In this document: piece after piece, positions 27,351-38,122 of the stretch | Position numbering within the stretch: the stretch's first letter is position 1 | How the letters are laid out: every line of letters starts with the position of its first letter | Origin: Candidatus Latescibacterota bacterium | GTDB taxonomy: Bacteria; Latescibacterota; UBA2968; UBA8231 | Length of the DNA stretch: 64,000 bases | Assembly (NCBI GenBank): GCA_965261395.1 | Contig: OZ253462.1 | Span: 1,440,001 to 1,504,000, forward strand | Direction: 5' to 3' | Notes under the pieces: model-generated | The model's input: the letters and a program-made list of their open reading frames with translations, nothing else | Told to the model about the DNA's origin: nothing | The model's database searches: none | Made by a program: the position numbers and the translations under genes

Positions 27351-28832
27351 ATGGTCACTCCGCAAAAGATGTTCAAGGGGTTTTTCTATACCTTGGGCAC
27401 GGGCTATGTCGTGAGGCTGGGCAGCATGGGGCTGACGATCTTGATCAAAAGGCAGCTCGAACCCAGCGTTTTTGCCGATGTGTTTTTGGGTGTGACGGTC
27501 TTTACCATGCTGTCCAGCCTGCGCGAATTCGGCCTGACACATGCGCTGTTGCACTTCCAGGACCGAGTTGAGGAATTCGTCGGCACGCATTTTACGCTGA
27601 ATGTCTGCATTACCTTGCTGTCGTGTCTGTTCAGCAGCGCGGTCGTCTTGGCCTTGACGTTGCTCTTTCCCGAGGATTTTTCTTGGACCTTTGCCCAAGT
27701 GGCGTGGGTGCTGGCGGCGCTGCACTTTGTGCGCCAACTGGCCCTGACTTCAGAGGCTCTGCTGAGGATGGATTTTGAGTTTGGGCGGCTTTCCCTCTTG
27801 CATGGGTTAGGGACGCTGTTGGCCCTGAGCAGCGCGCTGCTGGCGGCCCGTGCCGGGTGGGAAGAGTGGAGCCTGATATTGGGCGGGTGGACTACGTACT
27901 CGGTGCTCAGTGTGGTGTACGTGCTGTTTTTTTCTACGGCCACTTGGTTCAGCCGCCCCCTGCGCCGCGCGTCTCTGCGCTTCGACTGGGTTTGGGCGCG
28001 CCGCTTATTGGGCTATGGCGTGTGGATCTGGGTTGGTTGGGTATTGCAGATTTTTATTTGGTGGTACGACAAACTGGTCGTGCGCTTGGTCGTCGGCGAT
28101 ACGGCGCTCGCGCTCTACGAGACGGCGTGGTGGCTGGTGCAGATTCCCACTGCGGTCATCGCGCATATCATCCTCAGTTACAGCAGTACCCTGTACTCGC
28201 GGTATCGGCACGAGCGCGAGCGACTGGGCGAATTGTTCTCCAAGATGATCAGCCTAGTGCTGAGGGTGTCGGCTCCGGTGTCGCTGATTTTGGTCTTCAA
28301 CGCCCGCGAAATAACCGCCCTCTTAGGAGACCAGTGGGCCGCGTCGGCTCACATTGTGGTTTGGCTGGCGGCGTATGCGCTTTTGCGCCCGCTGCTCAGC
28401 GATGGATTTGGCCTGCTGTGGGCCGTAGGGGCGACGCGCCGGTCCGCGTACATAGTGGGGATGCAGGGGGTAGTGGCTCTTTTTGCCGTCCCCGCGCTGG
28501 GCATCTTGTGGGGCACGGAGGGCGTGGCGTACAGCATGGGCGCGGTGGCTGGAACGGGTTTCCTCGGCCTGTGCGTTGGCCTGCGCGCTTATGTGAGCGT
28601 CAATTGGTTCAAGGTATTGGCAGCGCCGGCCGTGGGATTGCTGGTAGCCGCGGTATGCGGATGGTCGTACGACCGTTGGGCCTTGGATTATGCCGTGGGC
28701 GATTTTGCCTTGCGGAGTGGGATTATGGCGTTGGCGTACGGGGCCGTTCTCGGGCTGCTAGAGCGCCGCACCATCGTCGAAGAGCTTGGGCACCTGCGAC
28801 GCATTATGCGCGGGAACGCGGAAGCGGAATAG
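27351..28832 (+). CDS. Oligosaccharide flippase (Wzx-like MOP family)
   Basis: Many TM helices; LREFGLTHAL and DKLVVRLVVG..ALALY. Confidence 0.8.
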   Translation: MVTPQKMFKGFFYTLGTGYVVRLGSMGLTILIKRQLEPSVFADVFLGVTVFTMLSSLREFGLTHALLHFQDRVEEFVGTHFTLNVCITLLSCLFSSAVVLALTLLFPEDFSWTFAQVAWVLAALHFVRQLALTSEALLRMDFEFGRLSLLHGLGTLLALSSALLAARAGWEEWSLILGGWTTYSVLSVVYVLFFSTATWFSRPLRRASLRFDWVWARRLLGYGVWIWVGWVLQIFIWWYDKLVVRLVVGDTALALYETAWWLVQIPTAVIAHIILSYSSTLYSRYRHERERLGELFSKMISLVLRVSAPVSLILVFNAREITALLGDQWAASAHIVVWLAAYALLRPLLSDGFGLLWAVGATRRSAYIVGMQGVVALFAVPALGILWGTEGVAYSMGAVAGTGFLGLCVGLRAYVSVNWFKVLAAPAVGLLVAAVCGWSYDRWALDYAVGDFALRSGIMALAYGAVLGLLERRTIVEELGHLRRIMRGNAEAE

Positions 28833-29412
28833 GAATTTCGCCGGCCGCGATCCGCGCGAGCGTCGCCGCGAAGAGCCGGTGTTCCGCCGCTAGCACCCGC
28901 TTCTGCAACGCCTCGGGCGTATCTTCTGCTTTAACCGGAACCTTCTCCTGCGCCAGCACTCGCCCGTGGTCGTATTCTTCATCTACCAAGTGGACCGTCG
29001 CTCCGCTCTCTCGCTCCCCGGCGGCCAACACCGCCTCGTGGACCCGCATCCCGTACATGCCCTGTCCGCCGAACTTGGGCAACAGGGCGGGATGGATGTT
29101 CAAAATCCGCCCCTCGTAGGCCGCCAGTACCTCGGCCCCCAGCTTCTTCATATATCCGGCCAGACAAATCACTTCGACCCCATGCCGCTGCATCGCCGCT
29201 AGAATCGCTCCTCCCAGTGCCTCGCCGTGCGTCCGCTCGCTCAGGTGGTACGCCGCAATGTTCTCCTGCCGCGCCCGTGCCCGCGCACCCGACTGCGAGT
29301 TGTTGCTAATCACCACGCGCGGCTCGGCCGCTAGCGTCCCCGCCTGACAGGCATCGATAATCGCCTGCATATTCGACCCGGTGTGCGAGGTGAGAAACCC
29401 CAGTTTTAGCAT
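28804..29412 (-). CDS. purN: Phosphoribosylglycinamide formyltransferase
   Basis: SHTGSNMQAII, LAGYM, LNIHPALLPKFGG and GATVHLVDEEYDHG. Confidence 0.95.
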   Translation of the reverse strand: MLKLGFLTSHTGSNMQAIIDACQAGTLAAEPRVVISNNSQSGARARARQENIAAYHLSERTHGEALGGAILAAMQRHGVEVICLAGYMKKLGAEVLAAYEGRILNIHPALLPKFGGQGMYGMRVHEAVLAAGERESGATVHLVDEEYDHGRVLAQEKVPVKAEDTPEALQKRVLAAEHRLFAATLARIAAGEIPIPLPRSRA

Positions 29413-29413
29413 C

Positions 29414-29761
29414 TTAGAGAATGTCCAAGACTTGCTCCGGCGGTCGCCCGATGCGCGCTTGGTTTCCTTTGACCACGATCGGCCGCTCGATCAGGATGGG
29501 ATGTTCCACCATCGCCTGAATGAGCTGCGCGCGATCCGTCACCTCGGCTAGCCCCAGTGCCTCGTATTCGTCCTCTTTAGTGCGCATCAGTTCCCGGGGT
29601 TCCAGTCCCAGCTTTTGCAAAAGCTCGTCTAGGGTCTTGGCATCCGGTGGCGTCTTCAAGTACTCGACGACGTTCGCCTTCACGCCTTGCTCGGCCAAGA
29701 GAGCCAACGTCTGCCGACTTTTAGAGCATTGCGGGTTGTGGTACATCGTTACTTCGGTCAT
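29414..29761 (-). CDS. arsC: Arsenate reductase (glutaredoxin), ArsC family
   Basis: YHNPQCSKSR, EYLKTPP, HPILIERPIV and IGRPPE. Confidence 0.9.
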   Translation of the reverse strand: MTEVTMYHNPQCSKSRQTLALLAEQGVKANVVEYLKTPPDAKTLDELLQKLGLEPRELMRTKEDEYEALGLAEVTDRAQLIQAMVEHPILIERPIVVKGNQARIGRPPEQVLDIL

Positions 29762-29816
29762 TTTCTGCCCCTGTTGAATGTTTGATTGCCACCGCAAAAA
29801 TTAATACCTTGCCCTC

Positions 29817-30629
29817 ATGACTACAATAAACCAATCAATCAGCCCGGCGACGCCAGCCGACGCCGAATTCTTCCAGCAAAACGGCTACATCCGCTACGAG
29901 CAATTCTTCTCGGCCGAGGAGATCGCCTCGCTGCGCCAAGCCATTGACCACGCCATCGACACGCATCGCGCCCGCATCAAAGGGGCCGAGAATGATGGCC
30001 GCACGTCGGAAGAGTACGAGCGCGTCTTCAATCAGATGGTCAACCTCTGGACCGACTATCCGGCTGCCAAGGAAATCGCCTTCCATCCGCGCTTGGCCGA
30101 AACCGCCCGTCGCCTAAGCGGCTGCCGCCACGTGCGCATCTACCACGATCACGCGATGATCAAACCCCCCGGCCAAACGAGCAAGGAAACGAACTGGCAT
30201 CAGGACGCTCCCTATTGGCCGATGAACCCGGTCGGCGCACTGTCGGCGTGGATCGCGGTGGATGACGTGACCGCAGACAATGGCTGCCTCCACTTTGTGC
30301 CCGGCTCACATCAGTACGAGCGGCTCGAACCGATCAAACTCGGCGTTGCTGGCGAGAGTATCGTCAATAAAATGAAGGAACGGGGCTACGACGTGCCCGA
30401 GCCGGTGACCATGGACATGCAAGCCGGCGGCGTTACCTTCCACCACGGCTGCACCTTCCACTACGCCGGTCCCAACCAGACCGCTGCACCGCGCCGCGCC
30501 TTCGCCATTATCTTCATGCCCGACTACACCACCTTTACCGGGACCCATGACGCAGCTGGTGCGGCCGACGAGATGGAGGCCGGCGGCCCCTGGGACCATC
30601 CGCTGCACCCCATTCTGGCGGGCGATTGA
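29817..30629 (+). CDS. Phytanoyl-CoA dioxygenase (PhyH) family
   Basis: WHQDAPYW, WIAVDD..NGCL..VPGSH and distal His (FHYAG). Confidence 0.9.
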   Translation: MTTINQSISPATPADAEFFQQNGYIRYEQFFSAEEIASLRQAIDHAIDTHRARIKGAENDGRTSEEYERVFNQMVNLWTDYPAAKEIAFHPRLAETARRLSGCRHVRIYHDHAMIKPPGQTSKETNWHQDAPYWPMNPVGALSAWIAVDDVTADNGCLHFVPGSHQYERLEPIKLGVAGESIVNKMKERGYDVPEPVTMDMQAGGVTFHHGCTFHYAGPNQTAAPRRAFAIIFMPDYTTFTGTHDAAGAADEMEAGGPWDHPLHPILAGD

Positions 30630-30714
30630 GGCTGCATCCCCAGACCAATCTCAACTTGGAGACGAGGAGTACTCATAAGCGAGTGACTCCGCGTTCAGCC
30701 AGCAGAGCCATCTA

Positions 30715-31596
30715 ATGGAAAAGCCTCGATTGTTCAACGTCGCTCTCTTGGTGGTCTGCGTTCTGTTCGCGTCGGCCAGCCACGCCGAGGACGGTGAGGA
30801 CGCCCGCGTCGACTCGCTGGTGTCCATCTCCCTCACTGACGGCACCCAACTCGAAGGCACCATCACTCAGGAAACCGAAACCCACATCCTCGTCGAGACG
30901 CTGTCGGGCCTAGAAATAAAGGTGCCGAGAACGTCTATTGTTGCCATAAAAAAGCGCCACGCTGGTGCTTTCTCCCGTCCCGACCCCAACTACACCCGCC
31001 TGATGTTCGCACCTACTGGTAGGCCATTGCGCCGAGGGGATCGCTATTTCTTCAATCACTACGTATTCTTCCCCGGCATGGCCTACGGCTTCACCGACCG
31101 CTTTGGCGTGGCAGGGGGCCTGTCCGTTATTCCGGGGTTGGGATTGGGCGAGCAAATTTTGTCGCTGGCCCCCAAGTTCGGCCTCTACGCTAGCGGCGAT
31201 GTCGCCCTTTCCATGGGCGTGCTCTATATGAAGGTCGCCGACGAAGGGGGAGGTATGGCCTTTGTGGTAGGGACCAAAGGTAGCCCCGACAAGAGCTTCA
31301 CCTGCGGCATCGGCCTAGGCTACATCGCCGAGGAAGGCGAGGATGTGGATTTCGCCGAGCATCCAGTTCTCCTCCTTGGCGGCAATATCCGCCTCTCCGA
31401 GAGCATGGCCTTGGTCTCGGAAAACTGGCTCATTACCGGCGAAGATCTCGGGCTCGACCAACAGCCGTTGGGCCTCGCCCTCCGCTTTTTCGGCCCTAGG
31501 ATAGCTGTTGATGCCGGTGTCATTATCATCGGCGAGGTGATCGAAGAGGGGTTTCCCATCCCCTGGCTCTCCTTCGTCTATAACTTCGACGACTGA
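30715..31596 (+). CDS. Secreted/outer-membrane hypothetical protein
   Basis: Signal peptide; DPNYTRLMFAPTGRPL; amphipathic strands ending PWLSFVYNF. Confidence 0.7.
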   Translation: MEKPRLFNVALLVVCVLFASASHAEDGEDARVDSLVSISLTDGTQLEGTITQETETHILVETLSGLEIKVPRTSIVAIKKRHAGAFSRPDPNYTRLMFAPTGRPLRRGDRYFFNHYVFFPGMAYGFTDRFGVAGGLSVIPGLGLGEQILSLAPKFGLYASGDVALSMGVLYMKVADEGGGMAFVVGTKGSPDKSFTCGIGLGYIAEEGEDVDFAEHPVLLLGGNIRLSESMALVSENWLITGEDLGLDQQPLGLALRFFGPRIAVDAGVIIIGEVIEEGFPIPWLSFVYNFDD

Positions 31597-31741
31597 GCTA
31601 TAGTCCAAAGTCCCGGCGGCTCCTGGATTACAGCCGGTCGAGTTGATCTACCTTCTCTGCCGCCAGCGCCCTTGCGGCAGGCAGTGCCCGATCCTACCAT
31701 ACTCTCTATCTAACTTTAACCGTACTCCCAGATCAGCGACT

Positions 31742-32965
31742 ATGCCCCCAAGCAAAGCCAATTACGACGAAGCCAAAGTCCCTTCGTACGCGTTGCCCGA
31801 CCCGCTGACGCTGGTCAGCGGCGAACCCGTGGCCGACGCGGCTACTTGGACCGAGGTGCGCCGCCCGGAGATTCTCCAGCTTTTCAAAACGCATGTCTTC
31901 GGCGAGATGCCCGGTTCCCTACCCGCCACCCGTTTCGTCACCACCGAAGAGGGCGAGGCTCTTTCCGGCCGGGCCCTGAGACGCCAAGTCCGCGTATGCT
32001 TCACCGATGACCATAACGGCCCGAGTATGGATATCCTGCTCTATCGCCCCGCCGATGCTGCTGGCCCGGTGCCGGTCTTCTTGGGCCTCAACTTCTTTGG
32101 CAATCACTCCATCCAACGCGATCCCGCGATCCACCTCAACACCCGCTGGATGCGCCCCGATGCGAAAAACGGCATCGTCAGTCATCGCGCCACCGGCAAC
32201 TCGCGTGGCTGCGCAGCCAGCCGCTGGCCCGTCGCCAAGATCATCGAGCGCGGCTACGGCTTGGCCACCATCTACTGCGGCGACCTCGACCCCGACTACG
32301 ACGACGGCTATCAAAACGGCGTCCACCCGCTCTTCTACCAAGAGGGGCAAAACCAGCCCGCCCCCGACGAGTGGGGTGCCATCGGCGCTTGGGCGTGGGG
32401 TTTGAGCCAGGCCGTGGATTATCTGCAAACCGATCCTGACTGCAACCACGAGAAGGTCGCCGTGCTCGGCCACTCGCGGCTGGGCAAGACTGCGCTGTGG
32501 GCCGGGGCCTGCGACCTGCGCTTTGCCATGGTCATTTCCAACGATTCCGGCTGCGGTGGGGCTGCCCTCTCGCGGCGGCGCTACGGCGAGACCGTCGCGC
32601 ATATCAACCATGCGTTCCCGCACTGGTTCTGCGATAATTTCAGACGCTATAACGATGCCGAAGACGAGCTGCCCGTAGATCAGCATCAACTCTTGGCACT
32701 TTGCGCCCCGCGTCCTCTGTACGTAGCCAGCGCCGTCGAGGACCGCTGGGCCGATCCGCGCGGCGAATTCCTCGCTGCCCTCGCCGCCGATCCCGTCTAT
32801 CGCCTGCTCGGGACCGACGGCTTACCTGCCACGCAGATGCCGGCCGTCGATCAGCCGGTCATGGGCCAGATCGGCTACCACATCCGCAGCGGCGGTCACG
32901 ACCTCGCCGAGTACGATTGGGGGCAATACTTGGATTTTGCCGATCGCCACTTGGGGAGAAATTAA
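31742..32965 (+). CDS. CE15 glucuronoyl esterase-like hydrolase
   Basis: [31 protein letters not shown] and WADP.GE. Confidence 0.9.
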   Translation: MPPSKANYDEAKVPSYALPDPLTLVSGEPVADAATWTEVRRPEILQLFKTHVFGEMPGSLPATRFVTTEEGEALSGRALRRQVRVCFTDDHNGPSMDILLYRPADAAGPVPVFLGLNFFGNHSIQRDPAIHLNTRWMRPDAKNGIVSHRATGNSRGCAASRWPVAKIIERGYGLATIYCGDLDPDYDDGYQNGVHPLFYQEGQNQPAPDEWGAIGAWAWGLSQAVDYLQTDPDCNHEKVAVLGHSRLGKTALWAGACDLRFAMVISNDSGCGGAALSRRRYGETVAHINHAFPHWFCDNFRRYNDAEDELPVDQHQLLALCAPRPLYVASAVEDRWADPRGEFLAALAADPVYRLLGTDGLPATQMPAVDQPVMGQIGYHIRSGGHDLAEYDWGQYLDFADRHLGRN

Positions 32966-32990
32966 GGGCACCCACGAGGGGTGCCCCTAC
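32965..32990 (-). repeat. REP-like palindrome
   Basis: Minus strand GTAGGGGCACCCCTCGTGGGTGCCCT: GTAG plus hairpin, between convergent genes. Confidence 0.6.
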
Positions 32991-33003
32991 GTCGCGAAAA
33001 ACG

Positions 33004-34119
33004 CTACCCGCCGCCGCCTTCACGGCCGTCGTGGCTTTCACTGCCTTCCCCGCCTTCCCCGCCTTCCCCGCCTTCGTCATGGCCCCTTTCTCCCCCGTCT
33101 TCCCCGTCTTCCCCGTCTTTCCCGCCTTCACCACCTTCCCCGCTGCCTTCGCCACTTGGGGGGTTGGGACTGGGGACATTGCAGTCGCAGTCAAACATCT
33201 CCGGATGGATCTCCCAAGCGTCGAAAGCTACTCCCGTCGCCAGCGGCTCGTCTTCGACTAACAGCTCGGTGGTCGTACTGGCACCCGGTGCTAAATCGCC
33301 GACTGGGGACGGCCCCAACTCGACGACCGTGCACGTGCCCTGCTTGAGGTTGAGTTCGATCTGGACGGCGCAGACAGTCTGCGCCGTCGCGTTCTCGACG
33401 GTGCCCGAGAACGAGCGCCTGACCGGGTCATAGGACATGGCCACGCGCAGGCCGTTGACGACGCCCTCCCACGACTCGTCGAGCGCGAGGATCGGACTCG
33501 ATGGGTCGCCTTCGCCGTCTTCGCCGCCTTCGTCATGGCCGCTGGTCTCATTACCCTCGCCTTCGCCGCCTTCACCGCCTTCACCGCCCCCGCCCTCTCC
33601 GCCTTCGCCAGAGCCGACCTCCACATGGGGCGACCAGCCATCAAAAGTCTGACCAGTGGCAGACAGGTTGATGAGTAGTTGCCCACCCGGCGCAAGGTTC
33701 GTCGGCGTCGTTGGTCCTAACTCCGCCGTAATCGCGTTGGATCCGTCGGACAGATGCACTTCCACCCGCACCCGGCACAAAATTTGGTTCGTCGTATTCT
33801 CCACTGTGCCGAAGAACGCATTCCTGCTGGGGATGTACCACATGATTAACCGTGCGCCGCTGCGCGTCTGGTCGTAGCGCTGGTCGAGGGTTAGTTGCTG
33901 ACCGCCCTCTTCGTTGACGACGGCTAAACGGCCTGCTCCGCCTTCACTACTTTCATGGCCTTCGCTGTCTGCGTTGTCACCATGTTCTGCGCCCGACTCA
34001 GACCTGCCTGATTCAGCGTTTTCGCCTGCGGGTGTTATTGGATTATCAGCACAGCCGCTTATTCCAATAAGTGCGAGAATAAGCCCCGCAGCGATTGGTT
34101 TGCCCATATTGAGCTTCAT
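33004..34119 (-). CDS. Gly/Glu/His-rich lipoprotein with two repeated Ig-like domains
   Basis: ISGC lipobox; two F.GTVEN.T.Q..C.V..E..L...ELGP....LAPG...F..W..H.E domains joined by EGGEGG linkers. Confidence 0.8.
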   Translation of the reverse strand: MKLNMGKPIAAGLILALIGISGCADNPITPAGENAESGRSESGAEHGDNADSEGHESSEGGAGRLAVVNEEGGQQLTLDQRYDQTRSGARLIMWYIPSRNAFFGTVENTTNQILCRVRVEVHLSDGSNAITAELGPTTPTNLAPGGQLLINLSATGQTFDGWSPHVEVGSGEGGEGGGGEGGEGGEGEGNETSGHDEGGEDGEGDPSSPILALDESWEGVVNGLRVAMSYDPVRRSFSGTVENATAQTVCAVQIELNLKQGTCTVVELGPSPVGDLAPGASTTTELLVEDEPLATGVAFDAWEIHPEMFDCDCNVPSPNPPSGEGSGEGGEGGKDGEDGEDGGERGHDEGGEGGEGGEGSESHDGREGGGG

Positions 34120-34190
34120 CGTGTCTCCTCTGAGTTAAGTGGGTAGTTCAAACCACATTTTTCGCCATGGCATTGGACACCCCTCCACTC

Positions 34191-34207
34191 TGCAATCTCC
34201 GTGCCAA
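34191..34207 (-). promoter_or_regulatory. sigma54 (-24/-12) promoter
   Basis: Minus strand TTGGCACGGAGATTGCA matches TGGCACG-N4-TTGCA, ~70 nt upstream of the start at 34119. Confidence 0.9.
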
Positions 34208-34257
34208 CTGAAAAGGCACTGGATCAAGGGGTTTTTGGGCAGAATCTGGAACGGACG

Positions 34258-34293
34258 CGGCAAATTTCCGCCGGAAAAGGCAGAAATTTGCCG
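34258..34293. promoter_or_regulatory. Candidate enhancer (UAS) inverted repeat
   Basis: CGGCAAATTTC-N14-GAAATTTGCCG upstream of the sigma54 promoter. Confidence 0.5.
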
Positions 34294-34398
34294 GGGAAGG
34301 CATTTTTCCGATAAATTCAGCGGAGGCTCAACACACGGCCCACGCCATTGATCAATCTTCTATCAGGCCGCTGTTCATTACTACGTGCGAAAGAACGC

Positions 34399-35859
34399 AT
34401 GAAGATCCGACTCCAAACCAAGACGACCCTCACCATTGCGCTGCTCGTGGTCTTGGTTTTGACGGCTAGTAGTTATCTATTTTACGACACGGCAAAGCGT
34501 GCGCTCGACGCCGAGATGGGCGAACGGCTCGTGGCGGTCGCCAAGACCTCTGCAGCCCAACTCAATGGAAGCTACTTGCGCGCACTCCAGCCGGGCAGCG
34601 AAGGCACGCGGTTGTACCGAACGCTGCAAAAGAAGCTGCAGTCTATGCGCGATGCTTCCGAAGCGCAGGCGATGTACGTGCTCGACCTTGAATACAAAAG
34701 CCTCGTCGATTCCCGCCTTGATGTGCCCATTGGCAGTCAATACCACTCACTGGGCGAAGACAGAATCCATATTGACCAAGCCAAACAAGGGGTAGGGGCC
34801 GCCTCGGTCGCCTTTCACGGCAAAGACGATGCTTTTTACCGATCGGCGTATGCGCCCATCCACGACGAACACGGTGATATCGTCGCCATCCTCGCCGTGG
34901 ATGCGAGTGTGCTGTTCCTCGACAGCCTTGCGAGGATGAGCCGCAACATGGTGCTCATCGGCGTCGTTGGTATGGTTTTTGCGGTCGTTCTCAGCATCTT
35001 TTTAGCTCGGTCGATCGTCGTGCCGATTGAGAGACTCTCGCAAGCGACCCAACAGATCAAGGCCGGGGCGTTCGGGACGCAGGTTGAAACGCGCAGTAAA
35101 GACGAAGTCGGCGTGCTAGCCACGACATTCAACGAGATGAGTATCGCGATTCAAGAGCGGGACCAGCAGGTGTCGCGCATGGCCGAGGAGCTTCGACAGC
35201 TATCGGCTGGGCTCGCCCATGAAGTCAGAAACCCGCTTAATGGGATGCGAATTTTTCTAGGCTTGCTCAAACGCCAACTCCCCGCCGACCCAAAGGCGGA
35301 GCAACTGATTGAACAAGTAGATGGCGAAGTGCAGTCATTGAACCAGCTAGTCAGCGAGTTTCTCGACTTTGCGCGTCCGACGCCGTTGCAGACCGAGGCG
35401 GTGGACTTGTCGGACGTAGTCGCTTCAGTACTGGCGCTGCTCGATGCGGAGTTGCGTGCGGGCGCTATCGAGGTTCAAACGGTAAACTTGGACACCTTGC
35501 CCACCATCGAAGCAGACGCCGACCAACTCAAGTGGGTGTTCACCAATCTGGTCAAGAATGCCGCGCAAGCAATCGACCGGGGCGGAACCATCGCTGTCGA
35601 AGGTTTTGTCGATGCGGACGCCGATGCCATCCGCGTCGAGGTTCGGGATACCGGAGTGGGTATGTCTCCCGAGACGGCGGAACGCGCTTTTATCCCGTTT
35701 TTTACCACTAAAGACAAGGGCACGGGGCTTGGGTTGGCCATCGTCAAACGGCTGGTCGAGCATCACCGAGGAACGATCGAATGCACGAGTAAGCAAGGCG
35801 ATGGTACTACGTTTGCCCTCAAATTGCCGACGACTCTGGAGCGAGAAAGACGGGCATGA
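34399..35859 (+). CDS. HAMP sensor histidine kinase
   Basis: Two TM helices, HAMP, AHEVRNPL, NLVKNA, DTGVGM, FFTTK and GTGLGL. Confidence 0.95.
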   Translation: MKIRLQTKTTLTIALLVVLVLTASSYLFYDTAKRALDAEMGERLVAVAKTSAAQLNGSYLRALQPGSEGTRLYRTLQKKLQSMRDASEAQAMYVLDLEYKSLVDSRLDVPIGSQYHSLGEDRIHIDQAKQGVGAASVAFHGKDDAFYRSAYAPIHDEHGDIVAILAVDASVLFLDSLARMSRNMVLIGVVGMVFAVVLSIFLARSIVVPIERLSQATQQIKAGAFGTQVETRSKDEVGVLATTFNEMSIAIQERDQQVSRMAEELRQLSAGLAHEVRNPLNGMRIFLGLLKRQLPADPKAEQLIEQVDGEVQSLNQLVSEFLDFARPTPLQTEAVDLSDVVASVLALLDAELRAGAIEVQTVNLDTLPTIEADADQLKWVFTNLVKNAAQAIDRGGTIAVEGFVDADADAIRVEVRDTGVGMSPETAERAFIPFFTTKDKGTGLGLAIVKRLVEHHRGTIECTSKQGDGTTFALKLPTTLERERRA

Positions 35860-37193
35860 GCCGGATACTGATCGCCGACGATCATAAAAGTACCAGAGAG
35901 GGGCTCGCCCTCGCGCTTGGGGGGCTGGGGCATTCGATCCATGTTGCATTTGACGGAGAGGATGCGATCGCCGCGGTCGGGAAGTATTCTTTCGATTTGG
36001 CCATGGTCGATATCCAGATGCCAAAGAAGACCGGGCTCGAAGTCCTCGCAGCCATTGCCGAGACCTCGCCCGAAACAAGTGTCGTAATGATGACGGCTTT
36101 TGGCACGATCGAGTTGGCCGTTGAGGCCATGCAAAAGGGAGCGGTGGATTTTATAACCAAACCGTACACGCTCGAACAGATCGAAATAAAAATTGAACAG
36201 GCCCTTGCCGGACGCCGTCTCAGTCAGGAAAACGCATACCTGCGCCAAGAAGACGAGCTGCGTTACAGCTTTGACGAGATCATGGGTGAAAGCCCGCAGA
36301 TGCAAGCGGTCTTTCGCAGGATACAAACCGTCGCGCCAACCCATGCGACCGTGCTCATCGGCGGGGAAAGCGGCACTGGGAAAGAGCTCGTTGCCCGTGC
36401 GATCCACCAGCACAGTACGCGCCGGGAAAAACCCTTCGTCAAAGTCAATTGCGCGGCGCTGGCAGAGGGCGTGCTGGAAAGCGAGCTCTTCGGCCATGAG
36501 AAAGGCGCATTTACCCAGGCCGTGAAGATGAAACCCGGACGTTTCGAGATCGCCGATGGCGGTACGTTGTTCCTCGATGAGATCGGCGAGAGTACGCCGG
36601 CGATGCAGGTCAAACTGCTGCGCGTCTTGCAGGAACGGGAATTCGAGCGGGTCGGGGGAACCCGCTCGATCTCGGTCGATGTCCGGCTCGTCGCCGCGAC
36701 CAACCAAAACTTGCCCGACCGCATCAGGGAAGGGGCATTCCGCGAAGACCTGTACTATCGCCTCAACGTGGTACCCATCGAGGTCCCGCCTTTGCGCGAA
36801 CGTCGCGAAGACATTCCGCTGCTCGTGGCCCATTTCCTGCTCAAGTACAACGCCGAGATCGGCAAGAAGGTGTCGTCAGTGCATCCCAGCGCAATGGAAT
36901 TGCTGACGACGTACTCTTGGGCCGGCAATGTCAGGGAACTCGAAAATGCCATCGAACGCGCCGTGGTGTTGGCACAGGGCAACGCGATTACGCCTGATGA
37001 TCTCTCGCTAAACGCTCAATCGCCTGAACACCACGTAGAAAGCGGCACATTGACGGAGCGCGTCGAGGCTTTTGAAAAGCAGCTCTTGTGGGATGCCTAT
37101 CTAAAGGCAAACAAGGTCAAAGCCGACGCCGCGAAATTGCTCGGTATCGAACGAACCACTTTCCGCTATAAATTCGAAAAATATGAACTCTAG
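35856..37193 (+). CDS. sigma54-dependent response regulator (NtrC/ZraR-like)
   Basis: Receiver domain; GESGTGKE, ESELFGHEKGAFTQA, FREDLYYRL and HTH. Confidence 0.95.
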   Translation: MSRILIADDHKSTREGLALALGGLGHSIHVAFDGEDAIAAVGKYSFDLAMVDIQMPKKTGLEVLAAIAETSPETSVVMMTAFGTIELAVEAMQKGAVDFITKPYTLEQIEIKIEQALAGRRLSQENAYLRQEDELRYSFDEIMGESPQMQAVFRRIQTVAPTHATVLIGGESGTGKELVARAIHQHSTRREKPFVKVNCAALAEGVLESELFGHEKGAFTQAVKMKPGRFEIADGGTLFLDEIGESTPAMQVKLLRVLQEREFERVGGTRSISVDVRLVAATNQNLPDRIREGAFREDLYYRLNVVPIEVPPLRERREDIPLLVAHFLLKYNAEIGKKVSSVHPSAMELLTTYSWAGNVRELENAIERAVVLAQGNAITPDDLSLNAQSPEHHVESGTLTERVEAFEKQLLWDAYLKANKVKADAAKLLGIERTTFRYKFEKYEL

Positions 37194-37216
37194 TCTCTCG
37201 GCGAGCGTTCAGGACC

Positions 37217-38110
37217 ATGCTTTTTAGCTGGCGGTGTTTCCTGCTATTTTTCGCCATCTCAATCGGGGCGGTGCCAGCGGCGTTCACAAAGGAACCGACC
37301 CTACAGAACCTGAGAATACAAATCGAACAACTTGCCGAGCAGGTCGAAGGCATTTCGGTTAAGAGCAACAAGTTGCTGCGCGAAAACAAGCAGTTGACCG
37401 ATAGGATCCGCACGGCCAAACAAGACCTGCAACAAGGCAGCGACCGACTGCTTGAGCGACAGTTGCAGGACGACCTGCAGGCGTCCCGGGCATTATCGGA
37501 CCGGATCCAGGCACTCGACGACCAGATCTATGCGCTCACTGAGGCATCGATCGGCAAGCAACGTACGCTCGTGGGCATGCTGAACGCCGAAATCGAGCGG
37601 CTTTCTGGGGAAGCCCGCGCCGCCAAAGACGCCAAAACCAAGACCCGAATTCTTGCCGAAATGCTGAAATTTCAGGAGGAAGTAGAAACCTACCGGGAGC
37701 AAATGGCCAGAGAGTCCAGCGAGTTGCTGTTGTCGTTGGATGTCGCCCCGGCGCAAACCGACGGCCCTGATGAGATCCAGCAGAAATTGGCCGTGCTCCA
37801 AGACCAACAGGATATTATACGGACCAAAATCGGAGAGCTTGACCGGCAGATCCGCGAAACCAGTAAAGCACTCGATTTGCGGCGCAACATGCTGGAGTTG
37901 CTCCGCGACATTCGCCGCGGGGAAGAAGACGAGTTTGATCTCGACCGCAACCTTGATATCGCCGAATTGGAAGGCGAGATTGCGGATGCGGAATCGGCGC
38001 TGGAAATTTGGCGAGCCAAACGGGAGAGCTGGGACGCCAAAGAAAAAATCCACGGTGAGAAAGCGGTACATCTCGCCCGGGAACTCAAGAATATGCTCCA
38101 AGGAAAGTGA
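37217..38110 (+). CDS. Secreted coiled-coil protein
   Basis: Signal peptide, extended heptads; co-oriented directly after the regulator. Confidence 0.7.
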   Translation: MLFSWRCFLLFFAISIGAVPAAFTKEPTLQNLRIQIEQLAEQVEGISVKSNKLLRENKQLTDRIRTAKQDLQQGSDRLLERQLQDDLQASRALSDRIQALDDQIYALTEASIGKQRTLVGMLNAEIERLSGEARAAKDAKTKTRILAEMLKFQEEVETYREQMARESSELLLSLDVAPAQTDGPDEIQQKLAVLQDQQDIIRTKIGELDRQIRETSKALDLRRNMLELLRDIRRGEEDEFDLDRNLDIAELEGEIADAESALEIWRAKRESWDAKEKIHGEKAVHLARELKNMLQGK

Positions 38111-38122
38111 CGGTACCCCCAC